Shown here piece by piece: positions 1 to 12,316 of a stretch of 32,443 bases of DNA. The notes beneath the pieces are model-generated. The model searched no databases. It saw only the letters and a list, made by a program, of their open reading frames with translations, and was not told the DNA's origin. The position numbers were made by a program, and so were the translations under genes. The DNA is from Legionellales bacterium (lineage in GTDB: Bacteria > Pseudomonadota > Gammaproteobacteria > UBA1113): assembly GCA_013043985.1 (NCBI GenBank), contig JABEVJ010000324.1, positions 1 to 32,443 on the forward strand, read 5' to 3'. Each line of letters opens with the position of its first letter. The first letter of the stretch is position 1.

Positions 1-4
1 CGGT

Positions 5-115
5 CATTTCACTACCCCGTATTACGCTCTTTTCATGAGGTACCCATTTATGTGCTTTTATAAAATGCATCAAATATTCAATAAATGTGCATTTTTCTCA
101 CTAATACGGGCTACA
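5..115. repeat. REP-like palindromic element (GTAG-type; core CCCGTATTA / TAATACGGG)
   Basis: Inverted cores cccgtatta (16-24) and taatacggg (102-110). On the minus strand it reads TGTAGCCCGTATTAG...TCATGAAAAGAGCGTAATACGGGGTAGTGAAAT, homologous to 26924-27016. It may extend past the window start. Confidence 0.6.
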
Positions 116-233
116 CATCTTTTGAACACAATACGCGACAGAGACTATATACTCCTACTTTACTACCGCCCGCCTACTATGCTAGGGTATGTATACTATA
201 CATCAAAATATCAAAGTATTAAAAGGCTTGACG

Positions 234-2267
234 ATGCAACAACCTGAATTATCTGAAAAATTAAATGGTAAAGGTTATATCCCCGCTTCATTAAATCTAC
301 CGGAAATTACGGTTAGAGGTATTATATTAGCAATTATATTGACTATTATTCTCGCTGCGGCAAATGCTTATCTTGGACTAAAAGTAGGCCTGACGGTATC
401 AGCCTCCATTCCTGCTGCGGTCATTTCAATGGGTGTGTTGCGTTTTTTTAAAAACTCGAATGTACTTGAAAATAATATTGTTCAAACGGCAGCTTCGGCA
501 GGTGAAGCGCTCACTGCTGGCGTCGCTTATACCCTTCCGGCACTTATTGTTATCCATTATTGGGCGCATTTTAACTACTTTGCTTCGATGGCAATTGCGA
601 TGACTGGTGGAATTCTGGGTGTCTTGTTTTCTGTTCCTCTGCGGCGAGTTTTATTGGCAGATGAAACGCTACGTTTTCCAGAGGGCACCGCCATTGGGAA
701 AGTACTTTCAGCCAGCACCGATAAAACGTTAGGGTTAAGCGAGTTGGTTGCAGGCAGCAGTATTGGTGCATTAATCAGTCTGTTTCAGGGCGGGTTCAAG
801 CTGCTTTCTGACAGTGTTCAACTCTGGGTAACTTGCGGGAGCACCATTATTGGCGGGGGGTTGGGCTTTGCTCCAGCAATGCTGGGTGCAGGATATATCA
901 TCGGTCTTGGTGTGACGGTAAGTATTTTTTTAGGAATTGTCTTGGGTTGGCTTATCGGAATTCCCGTGATTGCTTATTTTTATGATCATCCGGCTGGCTT
1001 ATCTTCTGCATCTGATATCGCTCAATATATCTGGCAGCATGACATACGCTATATTGGAATTGGTGTAATGGTAATTGGTGGATTAGGTGCCATAGCCACC
1101 TTGCTTCGACCCATGATAAAAGGGATTCATGCTTCATTTGTTTCGGTAAGCAATATGCGCGTGGAAGGAATGGCGGCAATTCCTCGTACTGAACGTGATA
1201 TGAAAATCACAACCGTAATGTGGTGTATTCTTGCACTCATCTGTCCTGTCTATTTTATAATTTATCATTTTTCCTCGTCGCCAGTTTTAGGTATCGGTAT
1301 CGTATTACAACAAAGTTTAAACTGGATTAGTGTGATTTTAGTTCTATTTCTTGGTTTTGTGTTGGCTTCAATTTGTGCTTATTTTGCAGGTCTGGTTGGT
1401 TCATCTGCCAATCCTCTCTCTAGTATGGCTCTTATTTCATTGATTATTGCTTCCTTTATCTTTTCTTTGTTACTGGGCACAGAGATACATTTAAGTACCA
1501 GCAGTGAACAATCAATAGCAGCGGCAGCAGTTGCCATTATCGTAACCGCAATTATTTCCAGTATTGCATCGATCAGCAACGATACAATGCAGGATTTAAA
1601 AGCGGGACAAATGGTGGGAGCAACTCCCTGGAAACAGCAAATCATGTTGATTTTGGGTGTCATCGTTGCGGCGGCAGTGATACCGCTTATATTACAATTA
1701 CTGTTTGATGCCTATGGTTTTAGTGGTGCTATGCCTCGCCTAGGAATGGATGAGACGCAGGCATTGGCTGCGCCACAGGCTGGTTTAATGGCGGCTGTTG
1801 TGCAAGGTATCTTCATGCGCAATGTACCTTGGGCGATGATGGGAACGGGTTCAGTGATTGCCATTTTGGCTATGATATTAGATCGGTATACTTTGCGAAA
1901 ATTTGGCAAACGTATTCCAGTATTAGCAATTGGAATTGGAATTTATTTACCAATTGACACCACGATGCCATTGGTGATCGGCGGCATATTATCATGGGTG
2001 GTTGATCGAGCGTTACAGTCACGGGCAGAGGCGGCAAAACAGGGGTATCAGAAGGGGTTATTATTAGCATCAGGGCTTGTCGCTGGTTCAGCGGTGATGG
2101 GTGTAGTTCTGGCGATTCCCTTCGTGATTGCAGGTTCCTCGAATGTCTTGAGTTTGCTCTCTAGTCAGTATGCTGTTTGGACCGAGCTCGCCAGTATTAT
2201 TGTCACTTTTTTACTCTGTGTTTGGTTTAGGAGCAGAGTGATAAAGGTATATACTCATGTGTGTTGA
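234..2267 (+). CDS. Oligopeptide transporter, OPT/YSL family
   Basis: Highly hydrophobic protein of about 677 aa with OPT motifs EITVRGI, NAYLGLKVGLTVSASIPAAVIS, ENNIVQTAASAG, MQDLKAG..VGATPWKQQ and APQA. The ATG at 234, after AAAAGG, is preferred over 189. Confidence 0.92.
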   Translation: MQQPELSEKLNGKGYIPASLNLPEITVRGIILAIILTIILAAANAYLGLKVGLTVSASIPAAVISMGVLRFFKNSNVLENNIVQTAASAGEALTAGVAYTLPALIVIHYWAHFNYFASMAIAMTGGILGVLFSVPLRRVLLADETLRFPEGTAIGKVLSASTDKTLGLSELVAGSSIGALISLFQGGFKLLSDSVQLWVTCGSTIIGGGLGFAPAMLGAGYIIGLGVTVSIFLGIVLGWLIGIPVIAYFYDHPAGLSSASDIAQYIWQHDIRYIGIGVMVIGGLGAIATLLRPMIKGIHASFVSVSNMRVEGMAAIPRTERDMKITTVMWCILALICPVYFIIYHFSSSPVLGIGIVLQQSLNWISVILVLFLGFVLASICAYFAGLVGSSANPLSSMALISLIIASFIFSLLLGTEIHLSTSSEQSIAAAAVAIIVTAIISSIASISNDTMQDLKAGQMVGATPWKQQIMLILGVIVAAAVIPLILQLLFDAYGFSGAMPRLGMDETQALAAPQAGLMAAVVQGIFMRNVPWAMMGTGSVIAILAMILDRYTLRKFGKRIPVLAIGIGIYLPIDTTMPLVIGGILSWVVDRALQSRAEAAKQGYQKGLLLASGLVAGSAVMGVVLAIPFVIAGSSNVLSLLSSQYAVWTELASIIVTFLLCVWFRSRVIKVYTHVC

Positions 2268-2375
2268 GTATAGTTTAAGAATTCTTAATTTCGTTAAGAC
2301 TTAATGAAACGAATAATTGGCATTTTGCTTGCCCTGATTTTTGATAAGTCAATGCAGCCCAGACGCACATTCAAT

Positions 2376-2404
2376 TTGCACAATTCATGATTTTTCTTTA
2401 TACT
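2376..2404 (+). promoter_or_regulatory. Putative sigma70 promoter of the atp operon
   Basis: TTGCAC-N17-TATACT, 37 nt upstream of atpI. Confidence 0.6.
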
Positions 2405-2441
2405 CTGCGCCTATAAGTATTTAGAGTGAATCTTTCGCACA

Positions 2442-3595
<1,154 letters not shown>

Positions 3596-3615
3596 CGGGT
3601 CGTTTTTCAGAAGTT

Positions 3616-3644
3616 TCGACATTTAGATATCAAATAGGTATAAT
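3616..3644 (+). promoter_or_regulatory. Putative internal sigma70 promoter upstream of atpE
   Basis: TCGACA-N17-TATAAT in the 95-bp atpB-atpE gap. Confidence 0.55.
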
Positions 3645-3678
3645 GCTTCGAAGTTGGTGTGGGGTAAGTTAAATATAG

Positions 3679-4002
<324 letters not shown>

Positions 4003-4025
4003 TTATTAGCCTGAGGTAACGCACT

Positions 4026-4508
4026 GTGAATTTGAATCTTACTCTACTGGGGCAAATGCTGACCTTTCTGGTTTTGGTCGTATTTACCACGAAATATATT
4101 TGGCCTTACATGATGAGGGCAATTGAGTTACGTCAAGAAACGATAGCAGATGGTTTAGCTGCTGCGGACCGTGGCAAACATGAATTAGAGCTGGCTCAAC
4201 ACAAAGCCGCCGAAATTTTGCGTGATGCCAGGTTAAATGCAGCGAAGTATGTTGAACAGGCTGCTAAGCGAGCCACAGGTATTATCGAAGAGTCAAAAGA
4301 GCACGCTCGAGTAGAAGCAGAGCGTATATTGACGCTTGCTCGTGATGAAATTACGATTCAACGCTGCGCGGCACGAGAAGCGTTGCGTCAGGAGATTGCT
4401 TCCATTGCGCTCCAGGGGGCAGCAAAAGTCTTGGGTCATTCTATTGATGGAGCGATAGATAATAAGTTAATAGAGCAGCTCATTGCTGAGGTAGCTGATG
4501 ATCAATAA
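4026..4508 (+). CDS. atpF: F0F1 ATP synthase subunit b
   Basis: MNLNLTLLGQ..F..F..KYIWP membrane anchor followed by a long coiled coil; GTG start after GAGGT. Confidence 0.95.
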   Translation: MNLNLTLLGQMLTFLVLVVFTTKYIWPYMMRAIELRQETIADGLAAADRGKHELELAQHKAAEILRDARLNAAKYVEQAAKRATGIIEESKEHARVEAERILTLARDEITIQRCAAREALRQEIASIALQGAAKVLGHSIDGAIDNKLIEQLIAEVADDQ

Positions 4509-5055
4509 GCTGGAAGAAATTGCAAGACCGTATGCTCATGCCGCATTTGAATTTGCTAATGAGGGTAATAATCTTTCACAGTGGGCAGAGATGCTGCAAA
4601 TTTTGGCGTTAATTTGTGCTGATCCAGTTATATCAAAAGCGTTGTCCTCTCCTTACTATAATACGGCGGCCAAAAAGACGCTTATTTTGGACATGGCAGG
4701 GGAATTCATTGACCAGCATGTTAAAAATTTTGTGCATGTTCTTGCTGAAAATGGGCGCCTGCAAGTTATGACTGAAATATTTCGTCAGTATCATGTATTG
4801 CAAGATGCGGCCAAAAATATGATTGAAGTTGAAGTGTGCAGCGCACGTGAACTCTCACCAGCACATGTTAGCTTACTTCAAAATGCACTTGAAAAGCGCA
4901 CCAAAGCAAAAATTCAATTACATCAACGCATTGATCCTACGTTACTTGGCGGAATACAGCTTCGTTTAGGTGATGAGGTCATTGATGGTTCCATTTTGAG
5001 CAAGCTTCGACGCTTGGCTCTCCATTTGCAGTTAAAGGAAAATGTATGTCAATAA
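4498..5055 (+). CDS. atpH: F0F1 ATP synthase subunit delta
   Basis: Motifs [11 protein letters not shown] and DPTLLGG...GDEVIDGS. Confidence 0.95.
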   Translation: MINKLEEIARPYAHAAFEFANEGNNLSQWAEMLQILALICADPVISKALSSPYYNTAAKKTLILDMAGEFIDQHVKNFVHVLAENGRLQVMTEIFRQYHVLQDAAKNMIEVEVCSARELSPAHVSLLQNALEKRTKAKIQLHQRIDPTLLGGIQLRLGDEVIDGSILSKLRRLALHLQLKENVCQ

Positions 5056-6587
5056 TGTCATCTGAAACGAGCGAAATTATTAAGCAACGTATCGCATCCT
5101 TTGTTCCTACTTCGGATGTTTATAACGAGGGTGTTATCTTAAATATTAAGGACGGCATCATTCGCATTCACGGCTTGCAAGCTGCGATGCAACATGAAAT
5201 GCTAGAACTCCCGGGTGGAATGTGGGGTGTTGTTCTAAATCTTGAGCGAGACTCAGTGGGTGCTGTTGTTTTAGGCGATTATAAGCATTTGCGCGAAGGG
5301 CAGACAGTACGCTGCACGGGCCGTATGCTTGAAGTACCTGTGGGTGAGGCATTGTTAGGACGTGTAGTCAATGCCTTGGGACAGGCTATTGATGGCAAAG
5401 GGCTGATTAATACGACCTTAAGTTCACCTATTGAAAAAGTAGCCCCGGGTGTTATTACACGCGAGGCGGTAACTCAACCGCTCCAAACAGGGATAACAGC
5501 CATTGATGCCATGGTGCCAATTGGACGCGGTCAAAGAGAACTGATTATTGGTGATCGTCAAACAGGCAAAACGGCGGTTGCGATTGATGCCATTATCAAT
5601 CAAAAAAATACGGGCGTTAAATGTATATATGTAGCTATTGGTCAAAAAGCATCCTCTGTTGCTGCTGTCGTACGAAAACTAGAAGAGCACGACGCACTGG
5701 CTCATACGATTGTTGTGGCTGCTAGCGCATCAGAATCAGCTGCATTGCAATTTATTGCGCCCTATACCGGGTGCACAATGGGCGAATACTTCCGCGACAA
5801 AGGCGAAGATGCACTTATTGTTTATGATGATTTAACCAAGCAAGCATGGGCGTATCGTCAGGTTTCTCTACTATTGCGAAGACCACCAGGGCGAGAGGCG
5901 TATCCGGGCGATGTATTCTATCTTCATTCACGTTTACTGGAACGCGCTGCACGAGTGAATGCGGCCTATGTTTCAGACATGACGGCTGGAGCGGTGCAGG
6001 GCAGGACAGGATCGTTGACGGCATTGCCTATTATCGAAACTCAGGCAGGCGATGTATCAGCCTTTGTTCCAACGAATGTTATCTCTATCACTGATGGTCA
6101 GATTTATCTGGAAACAGATTTGTTTAACTCAGGTGTTCGACCAGCGATTAATGCAGGATTGTCTGTTTCACGTGTTGGTGGTGCTGCTCAAACTAAAATT
6201 ATTAAAAAATTGGGTGGAAATGTTCGATTGACACTGGCTCAGTATCGTGAATTAGAGGCATTTTCTCAATTTGCTTCTGATCTAGATGAACCAACTCGCA
6301 AACAGCTTGAGCGCGGTCAACGTATGATGGAAGTGTTAAAGCAAAAACAATACACACCATTGAGTGTTGCTGAAATGGGCTTAGTGCTTTTTGCAGCTGA
6401 TAAAGGCTATCTGGATGATGTGGCTACGGTTAAAGTGGTTGACTTTCTTGAACAATTACTTACTTATGCTCGAGGTCATGACAGCGAATTATTAGCTAAA
6501 GTTAATATGAGTTGTGTGTTGGATGAGTTGACTGAAAAAGCATTCAGTGACCTTCTGAAATCGTTTAAAGAAACACAAGCTGAGTAA
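5046..6587 (+). CDS. atpA: F0F1 ATP synthase subunit alpha
   Basis: Walker [32 protein letters not shown] and SITDGQI. Confidence 0.99.
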   Translation: MSIMSSETSEIIKQRIASFVPTSDVYNEGVILNIKDGIIRIHGLQAAMQHEMLELPGGMWGVVLNLERDSVGAVVLGDYKHLREGQTVRCTGRMLEVPVGEALLGRVVNALGQAIDGKGLINTTLSSPIEKVAPGVITREAVTQPLQTGITAIDAMVPIGRGQRELIIGDRQTGKTAVAIDAIINQKNTGVKCIYVAIGQKASSVAAVVRKLEEHDALAHTIVVAASASESAALQFIAPYTGCTMGEYFRDKGEDALIVYDDLTKQAWAYRQVSLLLRRPPGREAYPGDVFYLHSRLLERAARVNAAYVSDMTAGAVQGRTGSLTALPIIETQAGDVSAFVPTNVISITDGQIYLETDLFNSGVRPAINAGLSVSRVGGAAQTKIIKKLGGNVRLTLAQYRELEAFSQFASDLDEPTRKQLERGQRMMEVLKQKQYTPLSVAEMGLVLFAADKGYLDDVATVKVVDFLEQLLTYARGHDSELLAKVNMSCVLDELTEKAFSDLLKSFKETQAE

Positions 6588-6593
6588 TCGCTG

Positions 6594-8872
<2,279 letters not shown>

Positions 8873-8922
8873 ATTAAGGGTATAGTCGCTGTTGTGTAAT
8901 TAGACATAACAACAAATTTAGG

Positions 8923-9052
8923 AAAAACCTCGTCATTGCGAGGAGTTTACGACGAAGCAATCCAGAATAGTCATAAACGTCAAGATCGTGATTTTACGTT
9001 CTTTCTACTGGATTGCTTCGTCGCTGCGCTTCCTCGCAATGACGAGGTTTTT
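8923..9052. repeat. CGTC-type REP/RPE-like palindromic element, copy 1 (inside the atp operon)
   Basis: Arms aaaaacctcgtcattgcgagga...cgacgaagcaatccag (8923-8965) and ctggattgcttcgtcg...tcctcgcaatgacgaggttttt (9008-9052). Arms and loop are homologous to 23578-23716. Confidence 0.92.
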
Positions 9053-9105
9053 TCTGCTTCTGTTATATACCCATGTGGCAGACTCAAATATGAGGGTTAT
9101 AATGA

Positions 9106-9528
9106 ATGGCGTTCACGATTAAAGTAGATATAGTCAGTGCCGAATCAACCGTATATTCAGGCCAGGCAATAGGTGTTTTTTTAATGGGCGAATTAGGTGA
9201 GCTTGGAATCTATCCTGGCCATTCCCAATTACTTACACGCTTAAAACCTGGTTATATCAGATTGCAGTTTGAAAATAATAATGAAGCAGTCTTTTATATT
9301 TCGGGGGGATTTGTCGAAATTCAACCAGATATAGTGACTGTGTTGGCAGATACCGCAGAACGAGCTCAGGACATTGATCAAATGGCTGCTGTTGAAGCAC
9401 GAGAACAGGCCGAACGTTTACTTCAAGACAAGCAGGGTGAAATCGATTATGCAACTGTCTTGGCTGAGTTGGCTCAGGCAACAGCACAGATACAAGCCAT
9501 TGCGCGACTTAAAAAGAAATTGAGGTAA
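9106..9528 (+). CDS. atpC: F0F1 ATP synthase subunit epsilon
   Basis: Motifs VDIVSAE, GELGIYPGH and SGGFVEIQPD..TVLADTA. Confidence 0.97.
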   Translation: MAFTIKVDIVSAESTVYSGQAIGVFLMGELGELGIYPGHSQLLTRLKPGYIRLQFENNNEAVFYISGGFVEIQPDIVTVLADTAERAQDIDQMAAVEAREQAERLLQDKQGEIDYATVLAELAQATAQIQAIARLKKKLR

Positions 9529-9529
9529 A

Positions 9530-10897
9530 ATGTTAAATATTGTTATTCTTGCAGCAGGGAAAGGCAAAAGAATGTTTTCCGATCTACCAAAGGTCTTGCA
9601 GCCTTTGGCAGGTGCTCCCTTACTTCATCATATTATTACCACCGCAAGGGCATTGTCGCCAGCAGGCATTTATGTTGTCTACGGACATCAAGGTGATCTT
9701 GTCAAAGAAACAATCTCTGATAGCGATATTCATTGGATTCATCAAAAAGAGCAAGCTGGAACTGCTCATGCAGTTGCGCAGGCACTACCTTATTTAAACG
9801 ATGAGAGTATTACCTTGGTTCTGTATGGCGATGTCCCGCTCGTTCCGGTTTCCACTTTGCAAGCGTTATATCGTACATTACCTGAAAATAGCTTGTCTTT
9901 ACTCGTTGCTAACGTCGATGACCCAACCGGATTAGGGCGTGTTATCCGCAATACAGAAAACCAGATTGTTGGTATTGTTGAAGAGAAAGATGCGACATCT
10001 GAACAGCGTAATATCGATGAAATTTATTCAGGTATTATGGTTACGCATACGAAGCAGTTGCGTCAATGGTTAAAGAAAATTGATAATAATAATTCACAGC
10101 AAGAATATTATCTTACTTCTATTCCTGCTTTTGCAATTGCAGATGGCTGCTTGGTTAATTCTGTTTTTGCTGATTCTCCGCTGGATATTATGGGTGTAAA
10201 TACCAAAAACCAACTTGCCTTATTGGAAAGACGATTTCAGCTTCGCCAAGCAGATAAGCTGATGGAGCAAGGCGTCACGCTACGTGATCCGGCTCGTTTT
10301 GATCTGCGAGGAACACTTCACGCAGGTCGCGATGTGATGATTGATGTGGGTGTGATTTTAGAGGGCGAGATCACCTTAGGTGATCGAGTGAAGATTGGTG
10401 CTCATTCTGTTTTGCGTAACGTCAATGTTGCTGATGATGTGGTGATTAAAGAAAATTGCGTGATTGAAGACTCCATCATTGGTAGTCATTGTATGGTTGG
10501 GCCTTTTTCAAGACTACGGCCTGATGCACAACTTGCCAGTCACGTTCACATTGGAAACTTTGTTGAAGTTAAAAAGTCAGTTGTAGGAGAGGGCAGTAAA
10601 ATTAATCATCTTACTTATATCGGTGATGCAGAAATAGGTGAACGGGTTAATATTGGCGCAGGTACCATTACTTGCAATTATGATGGTGTGAATAAGCATA
10701 AAACGACTATTGGAAATGGTGCCTTTATTGGCTCAAATACCTCGCTCGTCGCGCCCATTATGATTGGTGAAGAAGCTACTATTGGTGCAGGCTCAACAGT
10801 TTCAAAAGCCACCCCAGCCAATCAACTCACTGTTGCGCGTGCCAGACAGGTTACCATTACTGGTTGGGAAAGGCCAAAGAAGAAAGAGAAGGATTAA
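9530..10897 (+). CDS. glmU: Bifunctional UDP-GlcNAc pyrophosphorylase / glucosamine-1-phosphate acetyltransferase
   Basis: Motifs VILAAGKGKRM..PKVL, EYYLT, hexapeptide repeats, GNFVEVK and ITCNYDG. Confidence 0.98.
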   Translation: MLNIVILAAGKGKRMFSDLPKVLQPLAGAPLLHHIITTARALSPAGIYVVYGHQGDLVKETISDSDIHWIHQKEQAGTAHAVAQALPYLNDESITLVLYGDVPLVPVSTLQALYRTLPENSLSLLVANVDDPTGLGRVIRNTENQIVGIVEEKDATSEQRNIDEIYSGIMVTHTKQLRQWLKKIDNNNSQQEYYLTSIPAFAIADGCLVNSVFADSPLDIMGVNTKNQLALLERRFQLRQADKLMEQGVTLRDPARFDLRGTLHAGRDVMIDVGVILEGEITLGDRVKIGAHSVLRNVNVADDVVIKENCVIEDSIIGSHCMVGPFSRLRPDAQLASHVHIGNFVEVKKSVVGEGSKINHLTYIGDAEIGERVNIGAGTITCNYDGVNKHKTTIGNGAFIGSNTSLVAPIMIGEEATIGAGSTVSKATPANQLTVARARQVTITGWERPKKKEKD

Positions 10898-10927
10898 AAT
10901 CTAGCCACCGAACTTTACCGCGCAGCA
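10878..10927 (+). repeat. Degenerate 50-bp direct repeat, copy A (covers the glmU stop)
   Basis: agaagaaagagaaggattaaaatctagccaccgaactttaccgcgcagca matches 12926-12975 at 42/50 positions, ungapped, counted by hand. Confidence 0.8.
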
Positions 10928-10928
10928 T
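10884..10928 (-). pseudogene. 5' stub of a MazF/PemK toxin gene
   Basis: Minus-strand translation MLRGKVRWLDFNPSL fits the MazF-type N-terminus M-x-RG-[DE]-V-W-W-V-x-F-[DN]-P-S. The start overlaps the end of the upstream antitoxin ORF, and similarity stops inside the last codons of glmU. Confidence 0.7.
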
Positions 10929-11082
10929 CATCAAGGTCTCCAATGATTTCCTCACTCCAAGCCATAGCATCAAACTCTCTTGATTTATCTAACGCCATTT
11001 CTGAGTAAACGAGTTCTAGGGCAGGGACATACAGCCCTTTATAGACCTCTTCATCGATAGTAGCTGTCGATTTTTTACGCAT
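10915..11082 (-). CDS. Small addiction-module antitoxin (RHH-like), probably internally deleted; not in the ORF track
   Basis: Hand translation MRKKSTATIDEEVYKGLYVPALELVYSEMALDKSREFDAMAWSEEIIGDLDDAAR (55 aa). It has an RHH-type beta strand plus helix start (K.T.TIDEEVY..L) and an acidic MazF-antitoxin-like tail (Y.EMA.D..RE..A..W). The second RHH helix appears to be missing. Confidence 0.72.
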   Translation of the reverse strand: MRKKSTATIDEEVYKGLYVPALELVYSEMALDKSREFDAMAWSEEIIGDLDDAAR

Positions 11083-11096
11083 AATAATTCCAGTGG

Positions 11097-11142
11097 CACG
11101 TGTTGATACGTGTATTATGGGGCGTATTCATAAATTGATCAA
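11097..11142 (-). promoter_or_regulatory. Promoter/operator of the small antitoxin
   Basis: Minus-strand TTGATC-N17-CATAAT (11142-11114), followed by two ACACGT boxes 10 bp apart (11108-11113 and 11098-11103). Confidence 0.55.
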
Positions 11143-11262
11143 AATGTTTTTAACATGAGTGAAGCCAAATGACCTTTCAGGTATAATATAGATTGATCTC
11201 ATATGCTCTAATATGGGAGAATCGGTAGATTCAAGTAATTGATAAATACAGGCGAGCTGGCT

Positions 11263-12015
11263 ATGACAAAACCTCTTCTTCCAATAAAACTAAACAAAGA
11301 ACCTTTAATCGATGCAATTTTTGAGTTGCGTTTTATTAGTCAAGTCGAAGTTTCAGAAATACTTCCAGGTATTTTTTTTAGTTACTTACAAGGAAATAAA
11401 TCGCTTTCGCTACTGCCTGCTTCTCAATTACCAAAAGCAATGAGAGATAAAGATCCTTCTTTAATTTTTGCGCATACTACTCAAATTGTTTGGGCGAATT
11501 TTTTAATAAACATCGGTAATAGAAGTGTCGCAGTTAATTGTAAATTGCCTTATTCTGGCTGGATAAAATTTAAAGAGGCAATAAGTCAAGTATTACATAT
11601 TATGGAGCAATCTAAGTTAATTGAGTGTGTAGAAAGATGCTCCATAAAATATATTGACCTATTAGAATCGACAAGTATTCGTGAACAGATAGGCTTTTTA
11701 AATTTTGCTTGTGAGTTGGCTGGAGAAAATTTAGATAGTTATCCACTTATGGTTCGAGTAGAAAAAGAGGTTGATGGTACCATGAATATAGTACAGTTGA
11801 TGGCTGCAGCAAAGGTACAAATTAAAGATACTCCTGCTAAAGAGGGTATTGTGGTAGATGTAGATACAATAATAGACACAAAAAACTGTTCTATTTTTGA
11901 TTTTGTTGAAAAATCAGATAATTATTTAGAGCATTTACATGCGATAAATAAAAAATTATTTTTTGATTGTTTGAATACTAGAGCTATAGAAATGTTGGAA
12001 CCAATATATGAATAA
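11263..12015 (+). CDS. TIGR04255 family protein (function unknown)
   Basis: Family-typical motifs KL.KEPLIDAIFELRF, PYSGW..FK, R..IKYID, IVVDVD and H...K..FF..L. The ATG at 11263 gives 250 aa. The gene is AT-rich. Confidence 0.8.
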   Translation: MTKPLLPIKLNKEPLIDAIFELRFISQVEVSEILPGIFFSYLQGNKSLSLLPASQLPKAMRDKDPSLIFAHTTQIVWANFLINIGNRSVAVNCKLPYSGWIKFKEAISQVLHIMEQSKLIECVERCSIKYIDLLESTSIREQIGFLNFACELAGENLDSYPLMVRVEKEVDGTMNIVQLMAAAKVQIKDTPAKEGIVVDVDTIIDTKNCSIFDFVEKSDNYLEHLHAINKKLFFDCLNTRAIEMLEPIYE

Positions 12016-12307
12016 TTTTACTTTCCATACCCCAAGTACAGTAAGTTATTTAGCGATTGTTTGTTCTCTGGCGATTGTTTCGACCAGTCCTACATTAATG
12101 GTTGAGCAAGATAGTCCAGTTCTTAGTTCATCTTATCAATGGGGGGGGGCACTATCTACATTTCAATCGCATTTGCAAGAAGAAACATACAATATTGAAA
12201 CCGTTTTGACAAACTTTTATTCTTTATTGCTTGAAAAACAAGAACCTTTAGGTGATGAATTTGCAAAAGTTCTTTATGAAAACTTGTGGGATTTGTACCA
12301 AAGTTAG
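12008..12307 (+). CDS. Hypothetical 99-aa protein, putative antitoxin of the three-gene cassette
   Basis: The ATG overlaps the upstream stop by 8 nt. Hydrophobic N-terminus, Ser-rich linker and acidic amphipathic C-terminus QEPLGDEFAKVLYENLWDLY. Confidence 0.7.
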   Translation: MNNFTFHTPSTVSYLAIVCSLAIVSTSPTLMVEQDSPVLSSSYQWGGALSTFQSHLQEETYNIETVLTNFYSLLLEKQEPLGDEFAKVLYENLWDLYQS

Positions 12308-12316
12308 GAATTTTTT

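Noticed and set aside
35-247. 70-aa ORF upstream of the OPT gene
   Set aside because: Overlaps a REP-like element and the OPT start; no motifs; likely spurious.
2250-2304. tatactca/tgagtata hairpin and TTAAG/TTAAT boxes as a terminator or PmrA-type site
   Set aside because: The stem is weak and AT-rich, and the TTAA boxes are 10 and 9 bp apart rather than the 11-bp repeat expected.
8936-9127. 63-aa ORF MRGVYDEAIQ..., with a similar ORF at 23592-23822 (-)
   Set aside because: Both are translations of the palindromic repeat, which explains their similarity; there is no evidence they are genes.
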